Assembly: GCF_006345805.1 (NCBI RefSeq)
Contig: NC_043005.1
Location: forward strand, 33,604,001 to 33,668,000
DNA from: Octopus sinensis
Taxonomy: Eukaryota
Reading direction: 5' to 3'
DNA length: 64,000 nucleotides
Numbering within the stretch: the first letter of the stretch is position 1; every line of letters begins with the position of its first letter. Of this stretch, positions 12,021-25,211 are shown one piece after another. The position numbers and the translations under genes were made by a program. Below the pieces are notes generated by a model, which was given only the letters and a program-made list of their open reading frames with translations, did not search any database and was not told the origin of the DNA.

Positions 12021-15000
12021 AATTAACACAAAAGCAATATATTCAATAAATATGATAACAAAAGAATGGAAATAAAATACTGCAAGAGATTCTGTCTGAC
12101 ATGATTCATCCAATACCATAGTGCTGCAAAATGTACTGCAATATTTACTGCATTCCATATTCTTGGCTTCAATTTAAAATTCCACCAGGATTTTAAGGAG
12201 TTGCTATGGCTGGTGGTTAAGAAGCTTGAGGCACTGCGCCAATGACAAAATATTAAAAAAGTCATTCAGGCTCTCAATTACAACAGTTATTCCATGTATA
12301 TTATTGTGTCTAATATCTCTTTAACAACAGTCCTCCTTGTTGTTAAAGAGATATCCGACACAAATTATAGAGTCCCACACAAATAATGGCTGATTAGATA
12401 TTATCAGCAGACCAAATTCTGACTGTCACAACACTAACACATCCTTTACAAGCACACACACACACACACATTTTCTGTTCCTAATGCCAGCATTATTTAT
12501 TATCCCAAATAAATTTTCTGTGAATGTCAGAACAATTTACTTACCAGGATAATTATTGAAGTGCTATGAAATGAAAGCTCAAGCTGACATTTACTGGAAA
12601 GCAAGCTGGCATTTAGCGCTTAAGAAATATGCTTCCAACTGGAAGAAAATAATTCTTCCATATTTTAATCTCTTTGAAAAATTTTCTATATAAATTTGTT
12701 TATTTTGCTACAAGTATATTGATATTCAGTAAGAACTTTAAAGATATCTGTTACATCTCTTTTAAGATTGTTGTACATAAGACATTCACAAAGACAAACT
12801 CTTAGAAATAGAGCATTTACTTTTCCTTCTATGTTGATGATAGCTTAGATATTTACAAGCAGAATAATATAAACATAACAATCAATACACATGAAATAGA
12901 TGACACAAGTTGTGCCTGTATGTGTACACAAACACACTTTCTTGCATTTTCAATATCATCTCTTACTCTTATTTCTCTTCCTGTCTTCCCTTTTACACCT
13001 CATTCTACCAATGACAACCCCACTATTTATGCTTGTCTTCTACTATTTCCACCCCTATGTACTTTTGACCTCACTCACCCCTGGCACTGTGCATCTCACA
13101 CACAACTCACACTCCAACATCATCTGTACTTCCACCTATCATCTCCCTGTCCCAATCATATTTCCTCTATCTTTCTTCTTTCAAACTAGTTTTCATCATT
13201 GGTAACACGTCTACTCATGTTCACTGCATTCATCATTATCCCCGTCTCTATCCATTCGTCAGTTTCCTTTCACACTCTTGAAAACTTACTTACCCATTCA
13301 CCTGGTCCAGTTCTCTGGACCTCTTATACTCCCTTTCTTGTATTCTGAGGTATGTTTTATCACCTCTTCAACATCTGCCTTTTTCCAACTAAGATAGCCA
13401 GGTATCTCCTCTACTGCAAGAAGTTTGTTTCTGTCCCTCTACCTTACTCTTTCAGCACCTGGCATAAAACTACCTCCCTCACTAGTCCTGGTGCCACTCT
13501 GTAATGTAGTTAGCATTAGGAAGGGCATCCAATCATAGACACCATGCAAAAGTGGATATTGGAGTTTGATGCAGCCCTCTGGCTTGTCAGTTCCTATCAA
13601 ACAATGCAATCTATTCCAGCATGAAAAAAGGACTTAAAAATGGTGATGAGGACGATATTTATATGTATATATACTCTTCACCTCCACCACCATATTTTTA
13701 TGTTATATCATTCCTCTACTCCCTTAACTCATATATCATTAGTCAAGCCACCCTTATCCACTGTCGATCCTTCAACCCAACCCAATTTCTACAGTTGTCA
13801 CTCCATCTTCCTTGCCTATCATTCTTCAACACTTGTTGCTCACCATATTCATTCCCTCACCCATTCCCCATTCTTTAATCATCTCTCACTCTTCCATTCA
13901 CTCTTGCAATTGCTACCCACCCACACTCCTTGTTACCACACTTTCACTCACAGGATACCTTGGTAGATTACTCTGACACCACACCACTATTTTTATCTTT
14001 TTCCAGCTCAATACTGGCTACTCCAACCCTCTGCTCTATAATATGAGCAGCCATGTAGCTCCTCCATAGCAAGCAGACATGAAAACACAAAACGCAGTCC
14101 TTAGATTTGTTGATCCTGTCAAACCATGCCAAAATAAAACACAGATATTAAATGATGATGATGGTGTGTGTACATTTTGCAGCCTATGATGCTGGGCAGG
14201 GCAGGTCAGGTAAAAAAAAAAACAAAAAAAAAACCCAGCAATATTTTGTTCCCATTCCATTGGTACCAGTTAAAATCCCTGTCATTTATCAGAAAATATT
14301 AAATATATTCATTTATTCCTCAATGCATTTATAACACGCTAAAACAGTATGGTTTAGAATTAAATATCTGGACCAGCTGTTTAAAAAGTTCTGAAAATAT
14401 TAAAGCCTAAGTTCTAAAAATTCCTGTCTGATAAATAAACAGTCACAGAAAATAAATACTAACTATATTTCACAATGAAAATCTAGAGTTTAAGCAACAT
14501 TTTTAGCAGCCAGAAAATGTTCTGTACTGAACTTGATTTTTAGCCAATCTTGATAATATGCATACAAAGCATGAATAAATCCAGTAGAACAGAATGTAGA
14601 TTTTTGGAACTTGTCTCCAATAAAGTTTGCTTACTTTCATAGAATATATAAAAGCTAGCAGACTTTCTTGTATCGTACAAGCACAGCAGTACAATAGCAA
14701 ACCGTATGAGGCAAGATGAATGTAAAGTGGAAACACTACACAAATTAGATTGGAGATAATACATTTCTGTATAGGGAGGTTGGTTGGTTGAATTGGTAAA
14801 ATATTGGGCAAAATAGGTTATGGTATTAAGCCAAAATTCCATTCTGAGTTCAAATTCTGTCTGTGTCCAGTTGTATACTCCATTTAGAATAGGTACACTG
14901 AAACCATGTGGTAAGAGGCAATTAAAAGGGTTGGTGTCAGGAAAGGCATCTGCCCGTAAGACACTTCCATCCAACCCATGCTAGCAAGAGAATACAGACA

Positions 15001-15784
15001 TAAAAATTGATGATGATGATATAAAAATCAATGTAAAACATAACCAAAACTATCGAAACTGTTAAGACTAGACTGGTATCCAGTGGCTTTGTACCTCTTA
15101 ATATCAGCTGTGGTTTAATGTCATTGTTTTTACCAATTCCTGTGTAAGATTGAGACCTCAAGTCATACATGTGCTAACTGCTATAAAAAAAAAACAACAA
15201 AACAGTCCTCAGGAATGAGAGAGTAACAGTAATTAGATGTTTTAGAGGAAGGAGAGAATGAAAATTATTTTAACAAAAGATCTGGCTACAGACTGGTGGC
15301 TTCCTTCCTTATTGTTGTTAAATGTTTTTTTTATAGCAGTTAGCAATTTTAAAAGAAATTAAAGATAGGCTTTTGTAATTTATTATCTAACAGAGGATAT
15401 AACAAGAGTCTTTAGTTCCCATTTCTAATGCTTCTCACCTATCAGCAATTTTCTCAATGCATATTCCAAAAGTAGGTTCAGAGAACATGTAAAAATCAAT
15501 TAGTAGCAGAGCTATACAATCCACCAATTTGTCAGTCAATCCATCATACCAAATTTACTCCAAAAATAAGTCTGTCAGAAACAAAAGGAAATAAAATGAT
15601 TAACAACTCATTAATTAGTCTGCAGAACAAATGGTGAAAGCCCTGATTACTTTCAATGCTGATCTAGTTATTATAATGTATTATAATACATATATTATTA
15701 TAAATACATTCATATCATATGTGTGCGCACACGTGTGTGAGTATGTATGTGGCTGTGTGGAAAGAAACTTGCTTCCCAACCACT

Positions 15785-16265
15785 TCGAGAGTGTAATGGG
15801 TGCTTTTACATGCCACCAGCATGCGTGCCATTTGCATGACACCGGGCTGTGCTTACATGTCACCAGCATGGGTGCCAGTTTGCGTGACACCGGTATCTAC
15901 CATGATTGCAATTTTGTTTGGCTTGTTGGGTTTTCTAAAGCATAACATAACGCCAAAGGTCTTGGTCATTGCCTCTGTGAGGCCCAACACTCAAAAAGAA
16001 CTCAGCTACTTTGCCTTCATGAGGCCCAATGCTCAAAAGGAACTCAACCACCTTGCCTCCATCAGGTCCAACATTCAAAAGATGTTCTTTATGTGTCACC
16101 AGCACAGGTGCACTTGGCTTTACAGGTCCTCTCAAGCACAGGCACACCACCAAAGATCTTGGTCACCAGTTATTGCCTCACAGGCATCAAACAATCTGCC
16201 TTTCACTCTGAGAGGCCCTTTGTTGCCAGCAGGAGTAAGGAGCTCTCTGAACTTTGCCCAGCCTA
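15785..16265 (-). mobile_element. mosaic of RTE ORF-end and 3' UTR fragments
   Basis: cattgcctctgtgaggcccaac, ctgcctttcactctgagagg, ctctgaactttgcccagcct match the RTE at 8060-8505. Confidence 0.7.
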
Positions 16266-16854
16266 ATATATATGTTTATAGATCTGAACAATGGAGAGGT
16301 AATACTGTTTGCTTGCAAAGATCATTTTTATTATTTTCTACATTGTTACATACGAGATCTGAGAATTTTTCACCATATTAAAACTCGAAACTGACAATAT
16401 GTTAAAAGTTTAAAAAAAAAAAGATTGTCCACAAAACAAAAGCTGTCTGAGTAATCAATGCATTTTAATATAGTCATATGATTAATTGGTCAACACAAGC
16501 AAAATGATAGAGAAGCTTTGGCAAGCAACAGTAGAAATAGGAAATGAGTTGAACAGAAGAATATGGACGATGATGGTCACGTGATTACACATTTACAAAT
16601 ATAGTTGTTTGGATTGCATTTAGTTGAAGTAATCAGATAAATTAGTAATTACGAAACATGAGTCAATACAACAACAGATAGAACTAAAAATGGTGACTCA
16701 CCATTGTCACAGAATATTTCAAAGAATCAAATGAGTTTCCTCCTCCTTTCTTTTTGTTTTGGCATCACAAAAATAGTTTCATTACATCATCATTTTGGCA
16801 AAAACTCAAATACACTGTATGTCTTGGACAATTCTTAATACAAAAGATGTTTTG

Positions 16855-17202
16855 CTTCATTTCAAAGTTCACTTGTCCAAGCTTGCATGGATTGAACAGA
16901 ATTTATTAAAGATTTTCCACAGCTGGATGTCCTTACTATCACCAGTCCTCATCTGTTTCCAAATAAAGCAACATTTTTTCCTGACCAGACATGTTTTCAC
17001 AGAAGATTGGAAACAAAGGAGACAATAACACACTCACAAACACACACATGCAACAGGCTTCTTTCAGTTTTCATTAAACAAATCTTCTCACAAGGCTTTG
17101 GTCAGCTCAGGGCTATAATAGAAGAGACCTGCTCAACGTGCCACACAGTTTGATTGAATCCAAAAACCATGTGCTTGGAAATGAAACTTCTTAACCATAC
17201 AG
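16855..17202 (-). mobile_element. tRNA-head SINE
   Basis: ggcttctttcagttttc...cacaaggctttggtcagc...ggctata...cttcttaaccatacag is the reverse complement of the SINE family. Confidence 0.7.
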
Positions 17203-18040
17203 TTGAAAATGGTTATCAAGTTCATTACTTGCTAATATCTTTTTTTTCTTGACAGAGGGAGATAGTGAAGCTGTTGGAATGACAAAAATGTCAGGGTAGC
17301 AGACAAAGTACTTTACATTATTTGTTTCTGATGATTGACAAAAGAAGACCCAATCATATAGGTTCAAATAAAATAAATAACAACCATAGGCTGGGATTGA
17401 TTCATTCAGCCTATATCCTGTTGTAAATTTATGACTTTATGCCAACATAATAGAAACTGCTCCATGATTCTGAGTTTTTCTTTTATTAGAAAACAGCATC
17501 AAAAATGGGCATTAAATGTGATGATGATGATGATGGCTTAGTATTTATCCTAAATGGTAGTGTTTAATTCTGTAGTTTTTTTTCATTAGTGTTTGTTTCA
17601 AACCTTGTTCAGGGGAAAATGGAACAACTAAAGACTATAATCCCAGAAGATTTAAACAGTTACTTTCAGTTTTTAAAAGGCTAAAGGGGATCTAAAGGTA
17701 ACAAGCTTGCAATTTTATATTTCAACTTCTTGTATTCTGATATCAATCCTAGCCAATATCAACTTTACCTTTCACCTTTTGTATTTAATGTAATATTCCA
17801 TGTTACATTAACTTCACTTTAATATTCCAACAAGGCTGTAATCTCAAAAAGGATGGTTTCTTTAGGGTATCTGAGTTTTATTTCTTTTAAAATGGTCGTT
17901 TGTTTAGTTGATTTAATATGTTTAGCCTTTTAGTTCTAATTTCAATCTACTTTAGATGTTTTAACCCATTAACATTTAGATTACTCAAATAACTCAAATG
18001 TAATGCTTATTCATTCACATTGTTTTGAATTTATCATGAA

Positions 18041-19214
18041 CTAGCAGTATCGCCCAGCGTTGCTCGGGTTGTAAGGGAAATAACTATATAAGCATTTTTA
18101 GAGAGTTATAGCCAAAAAATAGCAAAAAAATGCATTAAAAATTGAAAAAAAATTAAGGTAAATTTTTTTTTTAAATCGTTGACACATCGTAGATTTTTTA
18201 GAGAGTTACTTCCCTTATATAAAAGCGAAAAAATGCATTAAAATGGAAAAATATGATGGTAAATTTTTTTTAAATCGTAGACTCATCGTAGACGCGCGCT
18301 AATACCCAGAAGGGCTCGATATGAATCACGACTATAAGATACCCGCTTTTGGTTAAACTGCACCGCAAAATGTGGGAGTAGTTACGAATCTAAATCGTAG
18401 GAGACAGACACACAACTTCACTCTTATATAAAGATGCTTTTTTTTTTCAGTCATAGAGTTAGATTTATGAAGGTCTCAGTAGAAAATCCTTCGAATTCTG
18501 ACTCGCTGCTTGATATAATGAAATTCGTATCCATTTTTTGTCAGAATTACAAATTTTGAAAACACAATAGGAACAAATTTCGGAAAAAAAATCTCCCATA
18601 ATTCACGGAATTAAAATTACACTTCGATTTTTGTACAAAACTGTATTTGAAGTGTTTACGAAGTATAATACGTGTTTTCACGAATGTACTAAAGAGATTT
18701 ACTCTGATATTCTCATTTAAATATGAATAGGTAAATTCGGGCGGTTTGGTAACGAAAGGGTTTATATAAGTGTCGTCTGTTTATACATAAACACTGTTTC
18801 ATACTTTCAGTTTAGTCTTCCTCAAATCACTCTGTCGCTATTTACTCTCTTCCAAGAACATTTTCACTCACTCTTATCTGTTAGCTTGCCATACATTTTA
18901 CTCATGTATCTATCAGCGTGATAGACAGAAACAAATATTACATCTAGTTTCACTTTATTCGTTGCACACTGTGTGTGTGCGTTTGTGTGTGCTGTAAACC
19001 AGACTAAGAAAAGCATTTGACATACACACCAGAATGTGAGTTTTCTGTAAATTTTGCTTAATTGGAGTTTAAATTTTAAAAACTGGACCTGGCAAAACCT
19101 GATGCATTCTACTCTTAAAAATGCTAGGTAAATTGTAATTGAAGAAATCCTATATTGTAGATTTCTATAACTGACAAAGGGAGGCAGATAAAATCTGCCT
19201 TTTATAATAAGAGA
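18041..19214 (-). mobile_element. composite non-autonomous Helitron inserted in a piggyBac-like MITE
   Basis: minus strand A|TCTCTTATTATA start at 19214, GC-rich subterminal hairpin cccgagcaacgctggg then CTAG|T at 18041; flanks rejoin as atcatgaa|ttatcttgtagctttg, matching atcaggcattatcttgtagctttg of the MITE at 42870. Confidence 0.8.
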
Positions 19215-19237
19215 TTATCTTGTAGCTTTGGGATTTT

Positions 19238-19926
19238 GATTTTTCTCTGATGAAAAAAACTTTGACCAGGATCAAAAGTCTAACAGAAGAAATGATAGGT
19301 GATTATGTGCAGATCCTTCTGACGTACCCAGAGTGATGCACATGAAATTTCCAGCAACTGTGATGGTTTTAGGAAAGGTAAGTAGAGAAGGTCACTTTTT
19401 TCCACAGGGTCTTAGAATTAATGCTGTTGGATACATTGAGGTACTGGAAACTGTTATCAAGCCCTGGATTGATGAAGTATGTAATGGAAGGCCATACGTG
19501 TTTCAACAACACTCAGTATCTTCCCACAAAGCTCTAGTCACCCAAGAATGGTTGTCAATCTTTAAGATTATGTAATGCTCAATATGTGACCTCCAAACTC
19601 ACTAGATTTGAACCCCATGGACGTGTGGAGCGCTGTTGAAAGGGAGACTAACTGTCATCCTCATAATACCACAGCTTCACTGAAAGCCGCCATTGTCCAG
19701 GTGATGTCCAAAATGAATAAGGACCATATAGTGTCAGCATGCCAGCAGTTTTGGTCGCGCACTGAAGCAACATCGAAGCCGAAGGTGGTTTCATAGAATA
19801 ATTTGCTTAAAAAATCATTATCAAGACTAATTGCACAAATGTTTATTCAAACACATATTTATTGATGCTGAAATATAGTTGTTTTATTGTATAACAAAAC
19901 TGTCCTCAAATACCCCTCGCACCCTG
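19238..19926 (+). pseudogene. maT/DD37D-like (Tc1/mariner superfamily) transposase relic with right TIR
   Basis: FSDEKNF, KFPATVMVLG.VS.EG, IKPWI...RPYVFQQ.S..SHKA..TQEWL, PPNS.DLNPMD..W motifs; ends cctcgcaccctg followed by TA. Confidence 0.75.
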
Positions 19927-19933
19927 TACATAC

Positions 19934-19935
<2 letters not shown>

Positions 19936-20025
<90 letters not shown>

Positions 20026-20030
20026 TATAT
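19936..20030. repeat. (TA)n(CA)n compound microsatellite
   Basis: about 68 bp of pure TA followed by a CA run. Confidence 0.95.
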
Positions 20031-21156
20031 ATTAAAAATAAAAGTAAATATGACTACAACGAATTTAGTGAAATTATCAATAAGCAATTATATATTACAC
20101 AAATTATTTATCATGGGAAAATAGTAAGCCATGCAGTGCATACATAGACCCTTCACCCTTGATGTGTGTATGAAAAAGTGGATGTTAAAACTATGATGGT
20201 GACTAATATGTCCAAACATATTAAGTAATAAACTGTTCTCAATTCATAAGCTCAAATGTCCACAAAATCTATAAACACATGTCAATGTTGCTATTATTAT
20301 AATTATAACCATCTACATAATTTATTGGGATGTAAAAGATCCTGTTTTCTAATTGATTAGCACAGTGATGTAATCTAGACACAAGGTAAAATGGTTTGAT
20401 TGACTAAATATAAAAACTGAAAGCAACCAAGCACACACACATCAGATAATAAATTACTAACTTCATGTGAGTAATTTATTATCTGATGGAAATGTCAAAA
20501 ACCAGGTATTATACAATAAAATCAATGACTGAGAAAACAACCTCCCCCCACCAAAAACAACACACCAGAATAGAATCCCAAGGTATAACTATTTACATAG
20601 ACATAAAACCATAGATGTTCTGGGGGTGGAAAGGTGTGATAGTCATGCATTTCCCAAAAGGGTTAGCAACATAACTGCCACTCATATGACTATTAACAGA
20701 GTGCTTGACTAAATACATCACATAATCATCCCCAATGTCCTAAGTTCAAATTCTTCTAGGGTCAAGTCATTCTCATCTTTCCAAGTTTGCTGATGGTCAA
20801 GTCATGCAAAGGGTTGCTTGAACTGATTCTCACACTTCCCTACAAATTTACCTCTGTAAGGAACTACTGTTATTTCAAACTGTTTAAATCTTATGCTAAG
20901 GAGTGTTTTCATAGAAATCTAACAATGGTTGAACACACTTGTCAAAAGTTTGCCACATAATTTAGTTACTGCAATTAATGATAATTTCTTGTTAGGAAAA
21001 AAGAAAAGCTAAGTTGTGCTGTCAGTTTATATTCCATCAGCAGTGTCAACATTCCAAGGATACAGAATCCAGGCATATAAGAACAAAAATAAACAGGTAA
21101 TATACTGCTCAAATTGGCTGGAAATTCATGCCTAGTCGGGGATTCCATACAATGTA

Positions 21157-21740
21157 CGAGGTGGTATCAAAAGGTTCCCAGACTAGTTATGTAAAACAGT
21201 GACCTTTGGGCTGCATTTTCATCTCAGAGAAGAGACAGAAGTCTACAGGTGCTAAATCTGGTGAATAAGGTGAGTGCAGAAGCAATACCATGTTGTTTTT
21301 GGCGAGAAACTCATCAGTGAAGAGAGCTTGTTGAAGAATTCATTTTTTAGTGCTCCACAGATCCGGTCGATTTCACCAAATGTCCTCCTCAGACGCTTCA
21401 AAATGTTGCCGTGGAACTCTTGATTGAGAGTCTGGCCCTGGGGGACAAATTCTCAATGTACAATACCACATTTCTGGGAGCAATGTTCGTAGCAGGTCTT
21501 CCAGATTGCTCATCATCTTCCAAAGACATTCCTCAACTTTTGAAGTGCCTGTGCCACTCAAAACATTGCATCTGACCCATTTCCTCGGTACTGTAAGCTT
21601 GCTGAAGCGTGCTCAATGTCTCTGTAGCAGACTTCTCGAGTTTAATGCAAATTTTACATGGGCCCTTTGACAAAATCGCAGACTACAGCATACGTGATCA
21701 CAAAAAACACAAACTTCACACCTTGTGAAGTACAGATGGC
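21157..21740 (-). pseudogene. internally deleted mariner (DD34D-type) relic
   Basis: minus-strand peptides KLEKSATETLSTLQQAY..QCFEWHRHFK..LEDDEQSGRP, GIVH.EFVPQGQTLNQEF, FLAKNNMVLLLHSPYSPDLAPVDF; TA-cgaggtggtatcaaaa mariner-like terminus at 21155. Confidence 0.8.
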
Positions 21741-22104
21741 AATATCACTTTGGTTTTTTTTTGTCCGTTATTTTTAGTGTTTTGACAGATAAAAAGTCAT
21801 TCCAAAATTGCTTTTTAACGTAAGCGTGCCTAAACAAGTCAAATGCTTACACAGAGCAGGTTTTACAGCCACATCCTCCAAACCAACTGGGTGAAACCAG
21901 GCTAAGCTGCTAGTATTTATATATATATATATAAAAATACAAAATGGGACAAGAACGCAAAACATCCAGATAGACGATACAAAGTAAACAAGGACGGGTC
22001 ATTTGAAGTTTTCTTTCTTCAGTCAAATACCAGATTATCTTCACAATTTCAGCTGATTATATTTGAGATTGCTCCCATCTGGCCAACCCCAAGGAAAAAC
22101 TAAT

Positions 22105-22775
22105 GCTCTTAGAGATGACTGCACTGGTTTGGTCATGTGATGCATATGGACAAAGACAACTGTGTAAAGAAGTGCCTATCTCTAACTGTGGTAGAGGTAT
22201 ACCCGCAAAGACATGGGACAAGGTAATGAAGCATGATCATCGACCTTTGAGCCTCACAGAGGCAATGACTAGAGACCAAGACCTTTGGCAATATGTTGTG
22301 CTTGAGAAAACCTGTCAAGCCAAGTGAAATTGTAGTCATGGTTGATGCTGGTGTTGTGTAACTGGCACTAGAGCCAGCGGCACATAGAAAGTACCTTTCG
22401 ATTGTTGAGCCTCATAGAGACAAGGTGGCCAATGCTAGTGACACATGAAAAGCACATTTTGAGTGTTGGGCCTCATGGAGGCAATGATGAATGACCTAGA
22501 CCTTCAGCATTATGCAGTGCTTGAGAAGAAGACCCATCAAGCAAAGTAAAATCACAGTCATGACAGATACTGGTGTCACGCAAATTGTACCCATGCCTGT
22601 AGCACGTAAAAACACTCATTACACTATTGGAGTGGTTGATGTTAAGAAGGGCATCCAACTATAGAAACCATGCCAAATCAGACTGGAGTCTGGTACAGCC
22701 TTCCAGCTTGCCAGCACTGGTCAAACTGTCCAACCCATGCCAGCATGGACAACAGATGTTAAATGATGATGGTGA
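22105..22775 (+). mobile_element. RTE ORF end plus 3' UTR and tail, decayed
   Basis: KTWDKVMKHD..LSLTEAMTRDQDLWQY matches the C-terminus at 7915-8226; UTR units and gttaaatgatgatggtgat tail. Confidence 0.85.
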
Positions 22776-23759
22776 TATATATAAAAAAACACAGAGTAAT
22801 TTCTTACACATATACACACACATATATATGTATAACATGCATATATTGTGCGTATGTGTGTGAATGTGTGTATATGCACACTCAATGAAAATTAACAAGA
22901 GATACATAAAAATCAATAAAACCACATTAATACAAGTATAGAACTGTACAGAAATTTATCTGTGTACATATACATATATATATATACATACAGGCATATA
23001 CAAACACACAGCTGTATAAATACATATGCTCATTCACACAGGTTTTGCTTCCAAGGTTCTGAGATCATTCAGGCTTTTAAGAGGCTTTCAAATTACCTTG
23101 AGGTTCAAGTAGCTAATACCTCCTTACATCACCACCTCCATATTCAAGAGTTACTCTCGACCTTAAATATACAATCAAAACAGACACGATGGTATGCACT
23201 GATGACACAAAGGAAGCTTTTCAGAACTCTTTACCTTAAGGACATCTCTGGGAGTTTTCTCTTGTTATAATAGCAATCAGACATTTGGGGGTTGACCATG
23301 AATAATTGCTTTATTTCTTACAAGTATGTACAGACATTGGTGAACACACATAAACAGAATGCATAGTAAAAGACAAATATTACAGGATAGGAGGGGATAC
23401 AAATGTGTGTCTATGTGTATATATCCATATTTATTAATCAACTGAACACATTTTCACACATTGTGTGTGTGTGTACATATGCATGTATATGTTTATATAT
23501 ATTTATACAGATGCGTGTATATAATCATCACTACCATTAATTCCCACTTGTCCATGTGTAAGCATATGTGTGTATATAAATGTGTGTTCGTGAGAGTCTA
23601 GAGAGTTCACACACACACAACTGTGTAGGAGATATTTCCACGCCGATTTTAGAAACATAACAAAAAATACAGGACGACAGGAGTGAAATAACTTTATTGC
23701 AGTGAGTCATGGTTAAATTTAGTGTTCTACTGATCTATATTTTTTTATAGTGCATGTCT

Positions 23760-24122
23760 TATCTTTTATCTTTTACTTCTTTCAGTCATTGGACTGTAGC
23801 CATACTGGAACACCACCTTGAATGGTTTAGTTGAACAGATTAACTCCAGTACTAATTTATTTAGAATAACACTTATTCTATTGGACCCTTTTGCAGAACT
23901 GCAAATTAGTGATGTAAACAAACCAACACTGGTTGTCAAGTGGTGGTGGGGACAAACAGACACAAGCACACACATGTATGGGTTTCCACACAGTTTCTAT
24001 TTACCAAAAAGGCATTGATCAGCCCATGGCTAATAGTAGAAGACACTTGGCTAAGAGGCATATGCACTTGGACTGAAACCAAAAACCATATGATTGTAAA
24101 GCAATTTCTTAACCACATAGCA
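23760..24122 (-). mobile_element. tRNA-head SINE, near full length
   Basis: tttacttctttcagtcattggactgtagccatactggaacaccacc...tagtagaagacactt...ttcttaaccacatagc. Confidence 0.75.
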
Positions 24123-24487
24123 TGCTGCTTTCAGTTATTGAACACTGTCCATACAGAACTACATTCAAAGGCTTTTAGTCAATCATATCAACCCCAGTAC
24201 ATATTTTACCATCCTGCATTGAAATATCTCTCTACACACACAATACTATTTTATACATTTAACCTATCTAGTATACATTAGTGCATGTAGTACTGGCTTC
24301 AAGAAAAATGCATCCAACTGAAAAAGCCCAGGCAAAGATGAGATTGGGTTACCTGATATTTCTAATATTTCAAAACTCCTCTAAATACATGCTGTGTCCA
24401 GCCACAACAATATGACCAACTTACATAAGCAAGGAAAGCAGATGTAAAAATCAATTACACACACACAGTCTTCTGCAATGTTTAAAT

Positions 24488-24783
24488 CAGTGGTTCTCAA
24501 CAGGGGTCCATGCAAGCAAAATAGTAAATTGAGGATCCACAGTAATATTTTAAGGGAGCACGAAAAATTTTGCTTTAGATGTATTTATTGCAAGAAACAG
24601 CAAGATTTCTTTAATGTTTTACATAGCTTATCCTATTTAAGTTAATGTGTGACAAATCAAGATAGGAAATTTGAAATTAGTATCTATAAAACTAGTTTTT
24701 AAACATTGAATGGCTATGGGGATTCACCAGAAAGAGATAGTAATCAAAAGGATCCATAGATAAATAATAGTTGGGGACCACTG
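24488..24783. mobile_element. hAT (Charlie-like) MITE
   Basis: TIRs CAGTGGTTCTCAAC / GTTGGGGACCACTG; imperfect 8-bp TSD gtttaaat/ttctaaat; second partial copy at about 59865-60075. Confidence 0.8.
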
Positions 24784-25211
24784 TTCTAAATGATAGTCTC
24801 AAGTTATGATTGAAACCGGCACTAAATCACCACAAGAAGCGATAAGGGATGTAGTGAAAGGAGTACTCAGTATTCTGTGATAAGTATATATATTAAAGCC
24901 AACACAATGGGACAGGGTGTGTATGTGTATGTATGTATGCATGCATATATATATATTAAAGGAGCACTCTGTTGTTTACGACAACAAGGGCCCCAGCTGA
25001 TATCATCAATGAAACAGCTTGCCCGTGAAATCAATGTACAAGTGCCTCAGCACTCCACAGACAAGTGTACCCTTAATAAAGTTCTCAGGGAGATTCAGCA
25101 TGACACAAAGTGTGGCAAGTTTGGCCCTTGGAAATACAGGTACTACAAATTTTTGCCATCTGAATGGACTGGAGCAACGTGAAATAATGTGTCTTCATAC
25201 ATATATATATA

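Noticed and set aside
15800-16381. 193-aa ORF
   Set aside because: Runs antisense through a mosaic of RTE UTR and ORF fragments; no domain recognisable
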